64,000 nt of DNA from Chiloscyllium plagiosum (Eukaryota). Both the position numbers and the translations under genes were made by a program. The notes beneath the pieces were generated by a model. The model saw only the letters and a program-made list of their open reading frames with translations, had not been told where the DNA came from and did not search any database. Every line of letters begins with the position of its first letter. Position 1 is the stretch's first letter. The stretch spans positions 13,009,446 through 13,073,445 of the forward strand of contig NC_057753.1 in the NCBI RefSeq assembly GCF_004010195.1, given 5' to 3'. Of the stretch, positions 26,675 to 39,539 are shown one piece after another.

Positions 26675-26980
26675 TTCTTTCAGCAATGATGAGTCTTCTC
26701 CAGTTACTCAGTTTCTGAAACAGCGGTTTCATTTATATGCTAACCCACAACACGTTCGGTGAGGAATTGAAGAAGTCGATGCTATATTCACTTTATTAGA
26801 ATAACGAGGGTATCTAATCCACGAATGACAAACAAGACATAATATTCATATATTGATACTTCACGCCAGAGTTTTGGAGTACACAGAAAGCTCTCTCAAA
26901 TCAAATTCAAAAAGTTTGTATTTCGAATCCTCACTCTCAGGCAGCGTGATACTCCATGGTCCAGACTGTGAAAATACTGG
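26675..26980 (+). pseudogene. Possible very degenerate TCR alpha V segment
   Basis: SNDESSPVTQ start (tttcagcaatg, as in the V at 57902), YSLY* at the Trp position and an SSLSGSV.. F-strand remnant. An upstream donor GTAAGT lies near 26630. Confidence 0.33.
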
Positions 26981-27783
26981 AGTGTAAGAGGCGAGGCATT
27001 TTTGGATGAGTTGCTACATCACCATTTGCCTTAAAACTCTCAAATAGAAAGTAAAATGTCACATTGTCATGCTTTCCAAAAGAGAATATGGTTAAGCATC
27101 TGCAACAAATGTGATTATGATCGTGAAACTTGAGGCATTTACTTTGCAGGTTTGTGCTTGAGGGTGGCTTTGGAGGGTAGATGTGGAGAGGATGTTTTCT
27201 CTTATTAAAACGTGTAAAACGAGAGGCCGCTTTTTAAAAGTGGAGTGATGTCCACCTGTAACAGATGATATGTGTCGTTCTTATTTTCTCTTGGCCAGTA
27301 ATAAGAACTTATGCCCTGAAGAGGTGATAGAAGTAACGTCATTGAATGTTTTTAAAGGAACAAGCAAATATTTTACTGTTAAACAAGTGGGTGAATGATG
27401 AACCTGGGCTAAACGGGAAGGCTACGTCTGGTTCCAATCAGATCAGTCATGATTTCATTTAATAGCGAAGCAGACAAGAGAGGTCAGATGGTCTAGCCCT
27501 GCTCATTGTTCAAATGCTCCCTCGTTCTCCTCTCAGAGAGTATCTGTACAGAGTGATATACCACGGTGTAAGATAGTTGAGGGTCCGAGATGGTAAGTCA
27601 CATTGTTCCCCACTTGGCACTATTCCATGCACGGTGTAATGTTCATGGAATTTAAACTGCAACTCAGAAGGAGGACTCCCCGAATTCAGGTTTACAGTCA
27701 AAAAGGGAGTTTCATGTGAACACGCCCCCCAACTTGTCATAAACGTATTGCTTCTCAGTAAGTGCTTCTCAATAATAAAATTA

Positions 27784-28290
27784 ATGCAAGGTTTGTGAAG
27801 GTTTGTAGCTCAGGTTGAGGTTTAGGGTGCAGATTTGCTCGCTGAGCTGTAGGTTTGGTATTCAGATGTTTCATTACCTGGCTAGGTAACATCATCACTG
27901 GAGGACCCAAGTGAAGGGAAACTGTTGTCTCCTGCTTTCTATTTATATCTTTCTCCTGGATGGGGTTTCTCGGGTTTGTGGTGGTGTAATTTCCTGTTCG
28001 TTTTCTGAGGGGTTGATAGATGGCATCTAGACCTATGTGTTTATGGCGTTGTGGTTGGAGTGTCAGGCCTCTAGGAATTCTCTGGCATGTCTTTGCTTAG
28101 CCTGTCCTAGCATAGATGTGTTGTCCCAGTCGAAATGGTGTTTTGTTTTCATCCGTGTGTCGGGCTACAAGGGAGAGAGGGTCGTGTCTTTTTGTGGCTA
28201 GCTAGTGTTCGTGTATCCTGGTGGCTAACTTTCTTCCTGTTTGTCCTACGTGGTGTTTGTGGCAGCCCTACACACGGATGGAAAAAAAAA
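27784..28290 (-). mobile_element. Penelope-like element 3' fragment (same family as 976-1483)
   Basis: Near-identical to 980-1365 over several hundred bp. Confidence 0.88.
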
Positions 28291-28291
28291 C

Positions 28292-29373
28292 AAATCATAT
28301 ACTGATGTGCGTAGATAGGAATGAACATTCCTCCTTGATGGTCATATGATTAACCAAATAATATACCAATATGGTAAGGGTGAGAAGCTTTAGGAGGATT
28401 TGAAAGGAAAATATATCTCAGAAGGTGATGTGAATCTTGAACTCACCGTCTTAAATGTGGAAGGTTCCAAAACCCTCATAACATTTAAGAAGTATTAAGA
28501 TGTGCAATTGCGATGGAAAAGCAATTTTTGGGTGGGAAGGGCTCATGCCCGAAACGTCGATTCTCCTGCTCCTTGGATGCTGCCTGACCTGCTGCGCTTT
28601 TCCAGCAACATGTTTTCAGTTCAATTTATTCAATCTTGACTTGAAGACAGTATTACTGAAGCATAAAAGAACATGTTATGAAATGATGGGGAGATTTGAA
28701 TGATTTAATAAAAATGGTGATACTAAAGCAAGAATGTGCAGATATAAATAATTTCTTTTCCAGGGAAATCCAACAACTTTCCAGGTGGGGTTCATGGAAG
28801 TGAATCAGTGGCAGTGATTGTGTTTGCTGATTGTTCAGATTGCGAATGTTACTATTCCCATTAATCTCCCTGCTAACAGAACTATATTTGATGTGAGTCA
28901 GTTGCCAATATTAACAATTGGATCAATGATGCAATGAATCACTTTTTTTGCCCACTAATCACGAGACTGTAGGTTTGACGCCTCAGTTGTGGATTTCTAA
29001 TACAACATGTTTCTGTTACGTCACTCTCTGAGCAAACTAACCTTACCACTAATATTCTTAGAGTCATAGAGGCCTGCAGCACAGAACATAAAAGTGTTCT
29101 GAACCATCAGCTTTGTACTTACGTAAAACCCCACCAAAAATTGTTTTTACATCGCAATTGCACATCTTAATACTTCTTAAATGTTATGAGGGTTTTGCAA
29201 CCTGCCACATTTAAGACAGTGAGTTCAAGATTCACATCACCTTCTGAGATATATTTTCCTTTCAAATCCTCCTAAAGCTTCTCACCCTTACAATATTGGT
29301 ATATTATTTGGTTAATAATATGACCATGAAGGAGGAATGTTCATTCCTATCTACCCACATCAGTATTTGATTT
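28292..29373. repeat. ~244-bp inverted duplication (28292-28536 / 29130-29373)
   Basis: The arms align with few mismatches. The left arm lies between two Penelope-derived pieces. Confidence 0.92.
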
Positions 29374-30071
29374 CTTATGCCTTACTTAAACCACTTGACC
29401 ACAAGCCCAAACTCTGATCTGTTGTGCCGATATTTTAGACGTTTCTGTTATTCAATTTTTTTTTCTGTGTTTCAAACTGTTTTCTTTTTCATTCTTTCCC
29501 CCAGGACCTAAAAATATTTATATGTGCAGATATTAAAGCGATCTTGCTTCGAATAAAGCATAACAATATTTAAAGTCCAAGACCTACAAGGATTTTCAGC
29601 GAGGAATCGGTTGGAAATAACCTGCAGAGGAATAATGTTACACTGACGCTGGATACTGAAATAGTGCTAGAAACAAATTTAATATGATCCACAGGAAAAC
29701 TGCAGATTGTAGGAATTCAGAATTAAAGTCATCCCCAAAGTCAAGGCTCCACTAATTTCTTTTCGAGATGATCAATCAAAACAGAATGCAAATAAGCAGA
29801 GAAAAGGTGTTCCCTCGATGCACACGAAACACCAACATTCAAGTGGACGCCTGAATGCGCCGCAGACACTAATAATTCAAATGCTAATGACAAGCCTTTG
29901 GACTCAAAAGTTAAATCTGCTTTCTCACCACAATGCATCCAGACCTGATTAGTTTCTATAGCAATATCTGTTTTTTCTTCAGATAAGTCACATATTGCAT
30001 GACGCCCAAAAGCAATCAGTGAATTAAAATTTCAGATTGCCCCTCCTGGAAGCGCAGTTGTCTTCTGTCTG

Positions 30072-30402
30072 CTTTTCTGTTTTAAAAATAAAAGCTGGAC
30101 CCTTCATTGTGGAGACAATGGATTGATCCCACCTATTGCAGACGCATCCATGTCACCGGGAACCACCTCTCCAAAAATTGGGACTGTTCCCCTTCGAACC
30201 TTTCAATGTCTAGGCTCCAGCCAAGTTTTTTCACTGTCCCGAAGCTGAAATAAGATCAGAAATTCTGATGAATAGGAACGAGAATCATTTCAATGTCTCT
30301 GATCAGTTCATGTCGCTGAAGCCATCAGAGTCAATGACCAAGCCTCTTACAGAAAGGGAAGGTGCTATAACTGCCTCTGCTCCGTCAAAAGTTGCATGTG
30401 TC
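30072..30402 (-). pseudogene. Possible degenerate V segment
   Basis: Acceptor precedes 30402 and the 291-nt exon has SLTL, SEFLIL and VVPGD remnants. RSS-like: CACAATG (30111-30105), 24 nt, ACAGAAAAG. Confidence 0.35.
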
Positions 30403-30646
30403 CTGAGATGAGGAAATTTAGTTCTGTGCAGAGATTCTCGAGGCTACAAGGTGAGCAAGGTGAAACGGAGTTTTCTTGGGGTTGTTTGCAATGAGGGGGT
30501 TGGGAGCGGTGGGGCGGGTGGCTTGGTGCAACAGTTGGGTCAAAACTGTTTCCATTGACCGGTGTCAGTAGGGCCAGTTGCCAGAGGAATGTTTTTGAAA
30601 GTATTTAATGACGAATAGGTTTGCATTTGTACAACATGAACATGCA

Positions 30647-30868
30647 AAGTTTGTGAAGGTTTGTAGCTCAGGTTGAGGTTTAGGGTGTAGGTTTGCTCGC
30701 TGAGCTGTAGGTTTGATATCCAGACGTTTCATTACCTGGCTAGGTAACGTCATCAGTAGCGACCTCCAAGTGAAGCGAAGCTGTTGTCTCCTGCTTTCTA
30801 TTTATATGTTTGTCCTGGTTTGGGTTCCTTGGGGTTTTGGTGATGTCATTTCCTGTTCGTTTTCTGAG
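30647..30868 (-). mobile_element. Penelope-like pLTR fragment
   Basis: Matches 27784-28010 and 980-1168. Confidence 0.85.
30718..30761 (-). ncRNA. Minimal hammerhead ribozyme motif (Penelope-associated)
   Basis: Reads gcta-CTGATGA-c-GTTACCT-agcc-AGGTAAT-GAAAC-GTC-tgg, with an intact catalytic core, a 7-bp stem II and a palindromic ACGU helix III. Confidence 0.72.
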
Positions 30869-31959
30869 AAAACGTGGGTGCGTTTAAAGGGATTTTCCGT
30901 TTTGTTTTCAGTGGTCATTTTACCAGCAGTAATTCATTTAAAAACCATAATGTTTGAAAATGGAGTCATAAGGATTCAAACCTGAGCAGGAAGCCCTGTT
31001 TTCTTTTAACATTGCAATTGCCTGCAACAATTGGCAATGAGAACAACATTGCTGCGAATTCGACAATGTTTGTGCAGGCAAGGATTCTTTTCGGCTCGTC
31101 CTGTCCATACCATGGCCCGAACGTTGCCTGTCATCCTGCAATTGACCAGAAAAGAAGAATCTGAGGGGATCTGTAGTTAAGTAGTGTCCGAGAGAAAAAA
31201 GTAGATGGGAAGAATCCATTTCAATGTACAAAGAAGTAAGTAATCAAGGTGCAGGCTCGAGAAAGGAAAATGCCCTTGTATTTATCTAATGCCTTTCACC
31301 ACAACCTGAATTCAAAATGCTTCACCGCCAGTTCCTTTCGTTTGAAGTGAAATCGGATGCAAACTTTTCCAAATATTTCTATCCCTGCAGACATGCGCAG
31401 ACCATATGAGCATTTCCAGCATTTTTTGTTTGTATTGATTTGAATTTAGACTGAGAGATATCTGGCCGGCTCTTCTCTGTTTGTAGGGTTGATATTGATT
31501 TCCACAATGTTGTCGTCAAAACGTTCGCTTTAAACGTGACGTTTCCTACATTCCCCTATGTGGTGCTCGATGTTTGAATTGTTCCATTGAAATGACAACC
31601 TCCTGGTATATTCACTGACCTCCTCCAGAAGTCGCCGTTACAACTATGGAATCTGTGGTTCAAACGTTAAAACAAAAGCAAGAAAAGAGAATGCTGGTGA
31701 AACTCACTAGATATACCCCCGCTCTCCGGAGAGTTAAACAGAATTGACGTTTCCAGTCCGATATGAATAGAATTCAGAAATTCGATAATCTTGAATTCAC
31801 GAATGTCGAATCACAATTTCTGGAGGAGTAGGAAACAAGGAATCTCTCATTGTTTACAGAACTGTTCGGAATGTATGCAACTTGTGTTCACTCGAGTAAG
31901 TTAATTATTTAAATCAAAACAAACTGACGAGAAAATCCTGGAAATTATTGGATTTGAGG

Positions 31960-32760
31960 TTGAAAATGAAACATTTCATTTTGAAAAGGCAAATCAGTGC
32001 AGGATGTATACACTTAATGGTAAGATCGTGGAGAGTGTTGCTAAATTAAGAGATCTTGGAATGCAGACTCATAGTTCCGTGAATGTGGAGTCGCAGGTAG
32101 ATAGGACAGTAAAAAAGGTGTTTAGTATATTTTCTTTTACTGGTCAGAACATTGAATATAGGAGTTGAGAGGTCATGTTGTGGCGGTACAGGACATTAGT
32201 TCGACCACTTCTGAAATATTTTGTGCAATTGTGATATCCTCCCATTGGAAGAAATTTATGAAACTTGTGAGGGGTCAGAAAACATTTACAAAAATTTTTC
32301 CAGGGATGGAGCATTTGAGCGAAAGACGAAGGCTGAACAGGCTGAGGTTATTTCCCGTGGAGAGTCGAAGTCTGAGGGGTGTACTAACATAAGTTTATAA
32401 AATTATGAAGGGCATGAATAGGGTAAATAGACAAGGACATTTCCCTGTAGTGGGTGAGTCCAGAAAGAGACGGCATGGGTTTAGATTCAAAAGGGACAGA
32501 TTTAAAAGGGACCTAACAGACAGGTCCCTTTTTCACGCAGAAGGTGGTGCATGTACAGAATAAGCTGCCAGAGGAAGTGGTGGAGGGTGGTACAATTACT
32601 GCTTTTAAAAGGCATCTGGATGGGTGAATGAATAGGCAGGGTTGAGAAACATATGGGACAAGCGCTGAAAAATGGGACGAGATGGCGTCAGGATATCTGG
32701 TTGGTATGGACAAGTTGGTCTGAAGGGTCTGTTTCTGTGCTGTGCATCTCCATAATTCTA
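31960..32760 (+). mobile_element. CR1/HER1-type LINE 3' fragment
   Basis: QKTFTKIFPGMEHLS..RLNRLRLF and a typical 3' tail. Confidence 0.85.
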
Positions 32761-35046
32761 CGAGCAACTGAGAAATCTGGCATTTTCTGTTATTATTTCT
32801 GGCACACAGTACCTGTAGCAGTTTAGGGTTTTTTTTTCTGACTAGAGAGAGCAGCGAATCTGAAACTCCTCATCAGAACGGTTTGCAATCAAGCCCTCTG
32901 CTGGAAACTGATTGTTCAAGTCACATCATGAAAGGGCAAAAATGGACAACGAGTTATCCCATTTAATTGCACCACAGATCAATCACAGCTGAGACAGTCC
33001 ATTCAGATACTTCACCTGTGCAAAGTAATATACTCGATTCCCCATGTGTTAACACGCTTGCTTTAAGACTTTCAAAGAATTAGATCTGTGATTCACGCAT
33101 TTTACTTGAAAAGACCTGGTTTAAATATTCTCTATTTGGGGAAATAAATTGATTCTTTTTCACACCAATGGTGGAGAATGCAGTCAGTTCACTTCTAACT
33201 CTGAGGATTTGCTCCGGCATGATACACATTCAGGGAAATCTAGAACTAAGGTGCAGAATCGCAGAATAAGGTGTTGCTAATTTAAAATAGAGATAAGGAA
33301 GATTTTATTCAATCAGAGTGCCATGATTCTATAGAATTCTTCACGCTGAAGGGCTCTCGAGGCTCGATCATAAAATATATTCAAGGTTGAGACGGACACA
33401 TTAATAGTCAGCAATGGTGAATGCGAAAAGGCAGTGAAGTGAATGTGCGGATTTGCAGTCAAACACGATTTCATTGAATAGCAGAACAGATTCGATGGTC
33501 TGAATGGGATAGTTTTGCTCATGTAGCGTCTGGATTTATCATCTCATGGTCTTAAGTTAACATTTGCAAATTGGAAAATGTTAGAGACCATTATTGAGCG
33601 AAGAACTAGCAAGACTTTAGAACATTTAATTCAGCCAAACTGAATAAACATGAGGAGAAACGTCTCCACACAAGAAATTGAATTTGTTATCACAGAAAGT
33701 AGTCAAGTACAAAAAGTTGCATGATTTCAAGAAGGAGTTGGAAATCACATTTGACGCGAAAATATCCAAAGGACATGAGAATAAAACACGTATAGGCTGA
33801 TGAATTGAATGATAAGACGTGATCAAAATGAATGGCAGACGAGACTCCATGGGCCGAGTAGCCAACTCCTGTTCCTATTTCCCTTAGACTTTTGATGATA
33901 TTATATTCACAGCATGCCATTACGATGTCTCGTTGAATTTCAGCCTCTAGTACAAGATAATTTGATTGCAGAAATAACGAACTCTAGTTTCAATTGTCCA
34001 CGAGTTTGATTGAACTGCATCAGGAGTACTATATGCAATTTTGGTCTCCTGATCTTAAGAAAGATATTATTGCTATAGAGGACTTAAAGGAACATTCAGC
34101 AAATTTGCTGCTGGAAATGTCGAACTGTACTTTGAAGGGTGATTGTGAAACCTAGGCCCGTATTCTCCACAGTTCTTAAAAGTGAAAGGTCATCGACATC
34201 ACATTAAAAGGGATGGACAAAGTTGATGCATTTATGTTGTGGTTGTGGAATCTATAACCAGGTGGCAGATTTTTAAATAGAGGGGAATTAATCTTTACTC
34301 AGAAGATTCTGAAAGTTTGCAATATTGCACCAGAGATGAACGACGCATCTTCCTGTTTGAATATGTTTAATGTTGAGGCTGATCGATTTCTGATTGCCAG
34401 TGATGTATGGCATTTAGGAATTGGTTCATTAAAGGCATTGAAGTACTTGCTTTAGTATGATAATCATGAATGACAGGCAGGCTCAATGGTGGAATTGTCT
34501 GCTCTTCTTCCTATTGTCTTACCTTCCAACCAGGACACACATTCGCAATATTCACTTCATTCACTGGTTACACACACAGTAGTGTCATTGCACAATATCC
34601 TGAAGATGCACTGCAACCAATCATCAAAACTGCAAAGAGTGCAACGTTCAAACTTGTTAACTGGAAGGACAAAACCTGCATGTACTTGGCAGTACTCCCA
34701 CATGTAAGTTGCTTTCCGAAGTATACATTATCTGAACTTAGAAGTAGATCAGTGTTCCTTCATTGTCGCTGAGCCAAAACCACTCTCTAAAAAAAGAGCA
34801 TGCAGCTACGGTGCAAAGAGTGCAAGAATTCAGAAAGATAGTTCACTATTACATTTTCTATGACAGCTCGAGTAACAAAAGCTGATCAAACCACAAACGC
34901 CCCATCACAGAATGATTAAAATGAGAATTTCATTCACTTGCTAAAATTTGAATCCGAGAACACCTGGTCAACAGTGTTTGCTTCTGGCACAGACAAGAAA
35001 AGGGAATGTTGGAACAAAATTTATTGCATATTGTATTTTCGCCCTT

Positions 35047-35957
35047 TCACTGCTGAAATATTTTAACAAATCGACAGATTGTATATTTCAGACCATTCTT
35101 TAACTCAGCTCTGAATTTAGGCTGCGTTCCTGTATAAATGAACGGATTGATACATGAACTTAATAATTGAAGCATCATTCCAGTTTCTTGAAGAATAAAC
35201 GTGGAATTAGTGAAATCAGAACCAGAGGAGTACGTTACATGTGAAATTCGGACATAGAGGATAGTTGAAAAATACAACGAGTATAAAAGGATAAAACTAC
35301 CTGAAATGGCAAAGAGTAAAACCATGGACTTTTTTCGCTTTTTCATCTCTGGGTCACATTGACTTTTTTCATTGCCTTGAACTCGGAGTCTCTTGCGGGC
35401 TCTGTTTGTTATTATGATGTGCCTGACAGTAAGGGCGTTGAGGAGCAAAATGAACGTGAATGGAAGGAAAGGCGTTAAAATAGAACGAATCCAATCATAT
35501 GCGGTCCATGCAGGTGATGTATAATATATTTCTTTTATGGCACAAAACCAGGGAATATTGTCAATTATGTACTTAGGTTCGAACATAAAATACATGAAGA
35601 TGTTTTTTACACAGGTCAGTGTAGAGATGATTATTGTGACTCTTGCTGCCACCTTTGCGGTGCAATAAATTGCTTTCAACTTCTGGCAAGAAATGGCTAT
35701 AAACCGATCAAATGTGAAGGCAACGGTGAACCAGGCAGAACTGTCAATGGCAGCAAAATTTAAGGCAGAGCGAAAACTGCACACTGGTGTGATAGACAGG
35801 ACACTAAGTGGGAAATAAAGTCCAGCAATCCGGTTTAATATTACAGCAGTGATCACGACGAGGAGATCGGTTACTGCCATGGACACCAGGTAATATATAA
35901 TACAACGAGACAGACCACATCCTTTTCGAGACAGGATCACAATCACTGCCAAGTTAG
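35047..35957 (-). CDS. Class A orphan GPCR, GPR139/GPR142-like (shark-expanded type), exon 2
   Basis: Open frame with TM segments, LVSMAVTDLL, FTFDRF and CINPFIY. The acceptor ctctgttacag precedes 35957 and joins exon 1 in phase 1 to give GVP-ANLAVIVILSR. Total length is 326 aa. Confidence 0.92.
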
Positions 35958-37911
35958 CTGTAACAGAGAGAGAACGTCACAAGATTAAAATGATACTGGT
36001 GTGATTCTGAACAGAGTCGTTTAATTTTGCTGATTTTGTTTCATATTTATACACATCAAACTAAAATCAAGCATCCCTACAGCTTGCAAACAGACATCTG
36101 GCCCAATGGGTCCAGAATGAAACACCAAAGAACACCTCGCCAAGTGCCATCCCCGTACCCTCTCCTTGTGATCATGTATTACCCATAGCTAACGCACCTA
36201 ACCAACACTGCGAGTGGTCAACCCACCTGACTTGTATATCTTTGAAAATAACACCATTAGATTTAAAGACTTGATTCATCATTGTTCAATGTAAATTGTG
36301 ACTTCGTGAAAGAAAGGTTGTTGAATGATTATACAAAGTAGTCTTCATTATAATTACCTGCATTAAGAAGATAACTTTGCTAGAGAACTGGATTTCTCAA
36401 ACAATTACAAAAGAAAATTGGATACACATTCTGAACAACAAACGAACATCGAATAATTCAGAAATCAGTAAGGTGGGGGAGTTTTCTTAAATTGAGAAGA
36501 AAGGATTAGAAAGGGCAAGAAGGACAACTTCCTTAAATTAAATTTCCAGAAGGTTGCTGTGTGACTTTAGATAACTCAGTCGGAGCAGAGTATGGTCTTC
36601 CACTCAGTATCCCTGACTGAAGATGGAAATGCTTCAAATTGCATTTTTCTCAAAAAAATCCCCAAAGAGAGAAGTAGAAGAGATAAATATCGCCTTTCTC
36701 CAACTTCATGTAAGGCATGATGGGTAGAACTCAGTGGTAAATCCGACATCATCAACCAATAATCAAAGAGACTGTTTGGTGCTTTGCAACACTATTGTAT
36801 GGAGACGTTATATTTGGAGGATGCACTCCTCCAATGCAATAATTCCTCCATGGTACAATGTGACATTGGGCAAATGATCTGTCTTCCCCTAAATTATATA
36901 TTTAGAAGAAGAAGGTGCCGAACAGATGGAGCTTTATTACTCATGACATAGATTATCAGGGCATTGTACTGAACTTTGGTTAGGTCATAGCTGGTGTATT
37001 GTGTGCTATTCTGGTAACAACAGCAAGATACAGGATATAGTGGGTATGGGTGGAGTTGCAGATATAGGATAAACAAGTTTTTAAAAAGCATATCTGGTGA
37101 TAAGCAGGCATATTTTTGAAGAATCAGCAACAGTCAATGCGGAAATGGAAAGCCGGAGAGAGGGTGATTGAAAAGAAGGGGGAAAAAAACCACTGTGCCT
37201 TATCAATTTGGAAATACTGCAAGTATCCATTCTTTGTCAGCTGAGAAATGCTGATGTACTTTTCGAGAACTCAGAGTGTAATATTACCTGATTAATAAAT
37301 GAATCAAATATAATCGATCATGTTTGGTCAGTGACTGAAGTTTTTCAATCACTGAAAATGTTTTGTGTGTTATTCCACTGCTGACTCTCACGATAATTCT
37401 ACATATACATAGTGATCAAAATTTGAAAATACAAGCCGCTTATCGGAGTGAGTGACTTATTAGAAAGTAATTAACACAATGATGGGAATTTGGCAATTTA
37501 ATATAAGTGCATTATTGATGCACAATAAACGTACAATTTTGCCATTATAATTTTTGTTAGTTTGCGCACAGTCTACTTGAGAGAAACATCATTGAACTAT
37601 TCTCTGGCTGTTGTATCACAATATGATGCTAGTCTAAGAATTAAATGAGTTTTAGCAATGTCAATAAGACATAGTGCTACAATGACGCAATGCGATGGTG
37701 ACATAACTTGGCAGAAATACATAACGTGGCAGAAATACATAACTAAAGCAAATCAAATGTTACGTGCTTTAGCAAAACATTACAGACGTGAAGAATAAAC
37801 ATGAGTGAAAAATATAATGTAACGATGATGGTATACGGAAAAAATTGCATTGGCAAATCTAAGACATTCCATTATAAATATAGAGAGGTGCAAGATTAAA
37901 TAAAGATATGT

Positions 37912-38235
37912 AATGTTTGAACAACAAAAAATGCCATTATCTTGGTAAAACAAGCAAGCGATAACTGTTGAAGAGGACATTTTGCTGTTTTGCACACCAT
38001 AGGGCAGTCCTTGTGGAGTGGAAAACTGACTCTGTTAGTTACAACCATCCTACTGATGTCCAGTTTCTTATACACCAGGCCCAAGCCAGCTCCTGGCCTC
38101 ATTTAGCACTTAGTTCAAATACCAATTTTAAAAATGAGACCTAGTATGGAGGTGCGAATGACGGCCCTTGTCATCAAATTTTTAATGGTCGAAATGTTTC
38201 CGCGTGGGACTGTGCCACATTGGCATCAATATGCA
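37912..38235 (-). pseudogene. Possible degenerate V-domain exon inside the GPCR intron
   Basis: DANVAQS, NWYLN*VLNEARSWLG and QDNGIFCC occur at V-domain-like spacing across frameshifts. There is no convincing RSS. Confidence 0.3.
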
Positions 38236-39120
38236 TTGAGAAAAAAACTCGAGCCTGGTTGGAATCATGTTCGCACAAAGGAAGATAAAAGATACTCACA
38301 TGATCTCTGGAATTATCTACAGATGTTAGTCTGCGTTGTTTTCTGAGTTCAAACATCTTTAGAGGCTTTAGAAATGACATTCCCTTCATTGAAAAGTGTG
38401 TATTGGTACAATTGCTGATAATTACTCATTACCTCGCAACATTGGCAATTCACCAGGTGCTCAAGCAGTCCAAATAAGCATATTTTGGTTTTGATCCAAC
38501 ACAAACAGCATTCCCACCTCACAAGCCTGGTAGACAATGACTACCTTGATCAACAGAAACTTTAACTCTTGCTGCTGAACGTTTCATGGCATTAAAATTC
38601 AGCAATATCAATTTTATAGCGAATACCATCCCACAGAAAATGAATTGAATTCACCATATAAAGACTATGGCTACAAATGCTAATCAGTGACGAAGAATAC
38701 TGCAGCGAGTAATTCATCTCCGGATCCCCAGAAGTTGTCCACTTTCTCGTATACATAATTCATGCATGTGATAAGATACTCACCACCAGAATGGATGAGT
38801 ACAAATCTAACAAAAACATCTCACGTGAAAACCACCCAGAAAGAAGCATATTGCTTTCTTAGTATTATATCCTCGAGCAAACAGTCCGTCGAAATTTATG
38901 GACAACAGGTTGCACCATCGAAACATGGCACTGCAGTAATTCACCAGCACTCCATAGATAACACCTTCCAAACCCACAAACACGGACATCAGGAGGCAAA
39001 AGGGAAAGAGATGCATGGAAATACCAGCACCTGAATGTTCTCCTCAAAGCTATGCACTTTCCTGACTTAGAAAGATAGCAACATCCTTTCACTGTCACTG
39101 ACTAAAAGTCAAAACTTTAC

Positions 39121-39190
39121 CTGGAACACCAATTATTGCAATGGCAGGATAGTAAATTGCAAAGATCACACCTGACGGTATTCCGTGCAT
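39121..39190 (-). CDS. GPR139/GPR142-like GPCR, exon 1
   Basis: ATG at 39190 gives MHGIPSGVIFAIYYPAIAIIGVP, followed by donor G|GTAAAG at 39120. It supplies the missing first half of TM1. Confidence 0.9.
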
Positions 39191-39539
39191 CTTTCTCAGA
39201 ATTCCTGAGTGCACGCCACAATTCATTGAAGATGTAAGCGTATTTATTGCTGCTATCTTGCTCTTGGGACTTAATTAGTTGTTTCAATTATTTACATGCA
39301 TGAAATTTTATTTGTGCAGATGATTATTGCAGCTGCCTCAGATGGAGATAATGTTGTGTTGTCATGTCCTGTGGTGAAGTCACTTTCTGTTCTTTTTCTC
39401 AGGGAATGGTAGATGAATTCCATCTCGATGTATTATGGGATCTATCAACAAACGCATCGAGTCAGACGCCCATGTACCACCCCCTGAGAAAAAGAACAGG
39501 ACGTAACTTCACCACTGGAAATGACATCACCACAGGAGA

